In this document: piece after piece, positions 62,839 through 64,000 of the stretch | Layout: the number at the start of each line of letters is the position of its first letter | Numbering within the stretch: the first letter of the stretch is position 1 | Assembly: GCA_036397095.1 (NCBI GenBank) | Contig: DASWJQ010000108.1 | Coordinates: 5,385-69,384 of the forward strand | Origin: Anaerolineales bacterium | GTDB taxonomy: Bacteria > Chloroflexota > Anaerolineae > Anaerolineales > E44-bin32 | Direction: 5' to 3' | Length of the DNA: 64,000 bases | Translations under genes and position numbers: made by a program | The notes under the pieces: generated by a model | What the model was told of the DNA's origin: nothing | Databases searched by the model: none | What the model saw: only the letters and a program-made list of their open reading frames with translations

Positions 62839-63843
62839 TTACTTCCAGGTGCGGATGTCGATCGTCAGCACCGGGGGGTTGGCACCCGAGATCTTTTCGA
62901 TCTCAAAGCGGCCGATGCGGCCTTCGCTGGTCTGGAAACAGAGCCAGTCGCCGACCTCGAAGTCGTCAAAATCGATGCGGTCATCAGATAATTCGCCGTC
63001 GTCGTCGCAGTCCTCGAAGTCGGGCACACCATCGGTCCATAGGAAGGCCTCGGCGTCGTTGACGGGGGTCAGGTAGCGCTCGACGGCGCTGATCGACTCG
63101 TACCATAGGTCGCGATCGGCATTGCTGTCTGCCGGGCTCTCCCCCTCGTCCAGATCCACATGGAACGAAGGCTTGAGCTCAATCTTGGCGGTCTTATACA
63201 CGCTGGGTGCCGGCGTCGGCGTCGGGCCAACGACGATCTGGACCCAGAAGGCGACGTTGGCATTGGCGCCGATGCCGAAGTTCACCCCGGTGGCGTTCTG
63301 CAACAACCAGTTGCCGCGGTAGGTGCCGTTGCTGGCAGGTGCCTCGAGGTCGACCGAAAGGTCGACCGTGCTGTTGGGGGGGACATTGCCGGACAGCGGC
63401 TGGCTGGCAGGTCCATCCATCGAGCGGCCACTGTCGAAAACCAGCTTGTATTGGGTCGTCCAGGTGCAGGTGCCGGTGTTACGCAAGCGCCAGGTCTTGG
63501 TGAAATCCTCACCCGGTTCGAAGTACGTGTCATCCGGGACGGTCACATCCGAGAGGAAGGAAGCACGATCGGTGCATCCGGTTGGGACCGGTGTGGCCGT
63601 GGGACCGGCTGGTGTGGCCGAGGCTGGCGGTGTGTTCGTGGCGGCCGCTGTCGGCGAGTCGGTCGGCAGTTGGCCGGCCGACCGGGTCAGCTCGGCGGCG
63701 ACGGTTTCGGCGGCGGCCGTGGCGTTGGCATCCTCGGTCGCCTGCTGGCCGGCGCTGGTTCCCAAACCTGGCATGTTACAGGCCGCCAGAATCAGGGACA
63801 GCAGAACCGGGACGGCAAAGACAATGAACGGGCGGCGTGGCAT
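62839..63843 (-). CDS. lipoprotein with NBR1-type Ig-like domain plus extra acidic C-terminal domain
   Basis: Start moved to ATG 63843 (AGGAGG RBS). The lipobox is ILAAC. FTKTWRLRNTGTCTW...GTYRGNWLLQNATGVNFG. It is a paralogue of the neighbouring gene. Confidence 0.7.
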   Translation of the reverse strand: MPRRPFIVFAVPVLLSLILAACNMPGLGTSAGQQATEDANATAAAETVAAELTRSAGQLPTDSPTAAATNTPPASATPAGPTATPVPTGCTDRASFLSDVTVPDDTYFEPGEDFTKTWRLRNTGTCTWTTQYKLVFDSGRSMDGPASQPLSGNVPPNSTVDLSVDLEAPASNGTYRGNWLLQNATGVNFGIGANANVAFWVQIVVGPTPTPAPSVYKTAKIELKPSFHVDLDEGESPADSNADRDLWYESISAVERYLTPVNDAEAFLWTDGVPDFEDCDDDGELSDDRIDFDDFEVGDWLCFQTSEGRIGRFEIEKISGANPPVLTIDIRTWK

Positions 63844-64000
63844 CGAGTCCTCCTTGAAGGACCACAGCTTTGGCGGATATCGGGTTGGTTGCAAGGTGCG
63901 TTCCAAGCTGTACGATGGCATGCTAGCTATGTCAGGTTCAATCGTCAAGAGGGGAGGTGCAGTTGGGAGAGATTCAGGCGGCCGTTGCTAGCGAGGCTGG

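Overview
This is a GC-rich (by eye mid-60s %GC, not computed), densely coding bacterial chromosomal segment. It holds about 65 protein genes, two tandem tRNA-Ala genes and a Leu T-box leader. The style (T-box, four-helix-bundle cassette, NBR1-Ig-like lipoproteins, heptamer repeat arrays, frequent GTG/TTG starts and ATGA-type gene overlaps) would fit a Chloroflexota-like organism, but that is only an inference. Block 1 (1-15.8 kb) is a molybdenum-hydroxylase cluster. It has CoxL/M/S-like subunits of the form-II type (not a bona fide CO dehydrogenase), CoxD/CoxE/XdhC maturation genes, an amidase, a cyclase-family hydrolase, AllG/AllH (DUF1116/DUF2877) homologues and an NCS2 nucleobase permease, so it is probably N-heterocycle or purine-type catabolism. 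It is interrupted by a lower-GC four-helix-bundle gene cassette flanked by inverted repeats. Block 2 (16-26.5 kb) carries tRNA-Ala x2, T-box-leuS, creatininase, RidA, a two-component system, a metallopeptidase and dtd. It also carries a SelW/Rdx-like gene that is complete only if an in-frame TGA is read as selenocysteine. Block 3 (26.6-41.5 kb) is mixed: an HTH/microprotein/membrane operon, a degenerate PyrK/PyrD-like pair, SPFH, an ECF transporter plus PfkB kinase, an esterase, a serine protease, ComEC, a PQQ-type dehydrogenase and a thioesterase. Block 4 (42.1-50.3 kb) is a bacterial microcompartment operon of the sugar-phosphate type (DERA + RpiB + acylating aldehyde dehydrogenase; 1 BMC-H, 1 BMC-T, 3 BMC-P) with an attached REC-GAF-kinase-like gene. 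Block 5 (50.3-64 kb) carries lepB, der, cdaR, cdaA, a TPR protein, polA and two NBR1-Ig-like lipoproteins. It also carries an unusual response regulator fused to a catalytically dead IS200/Y1-transposase-like domain. All homology calls come from motif recognition by eye on the supplied translations, and no database search or folding program was run. Start codons I moved from the ORF track were checked against the nucleotide sequence.
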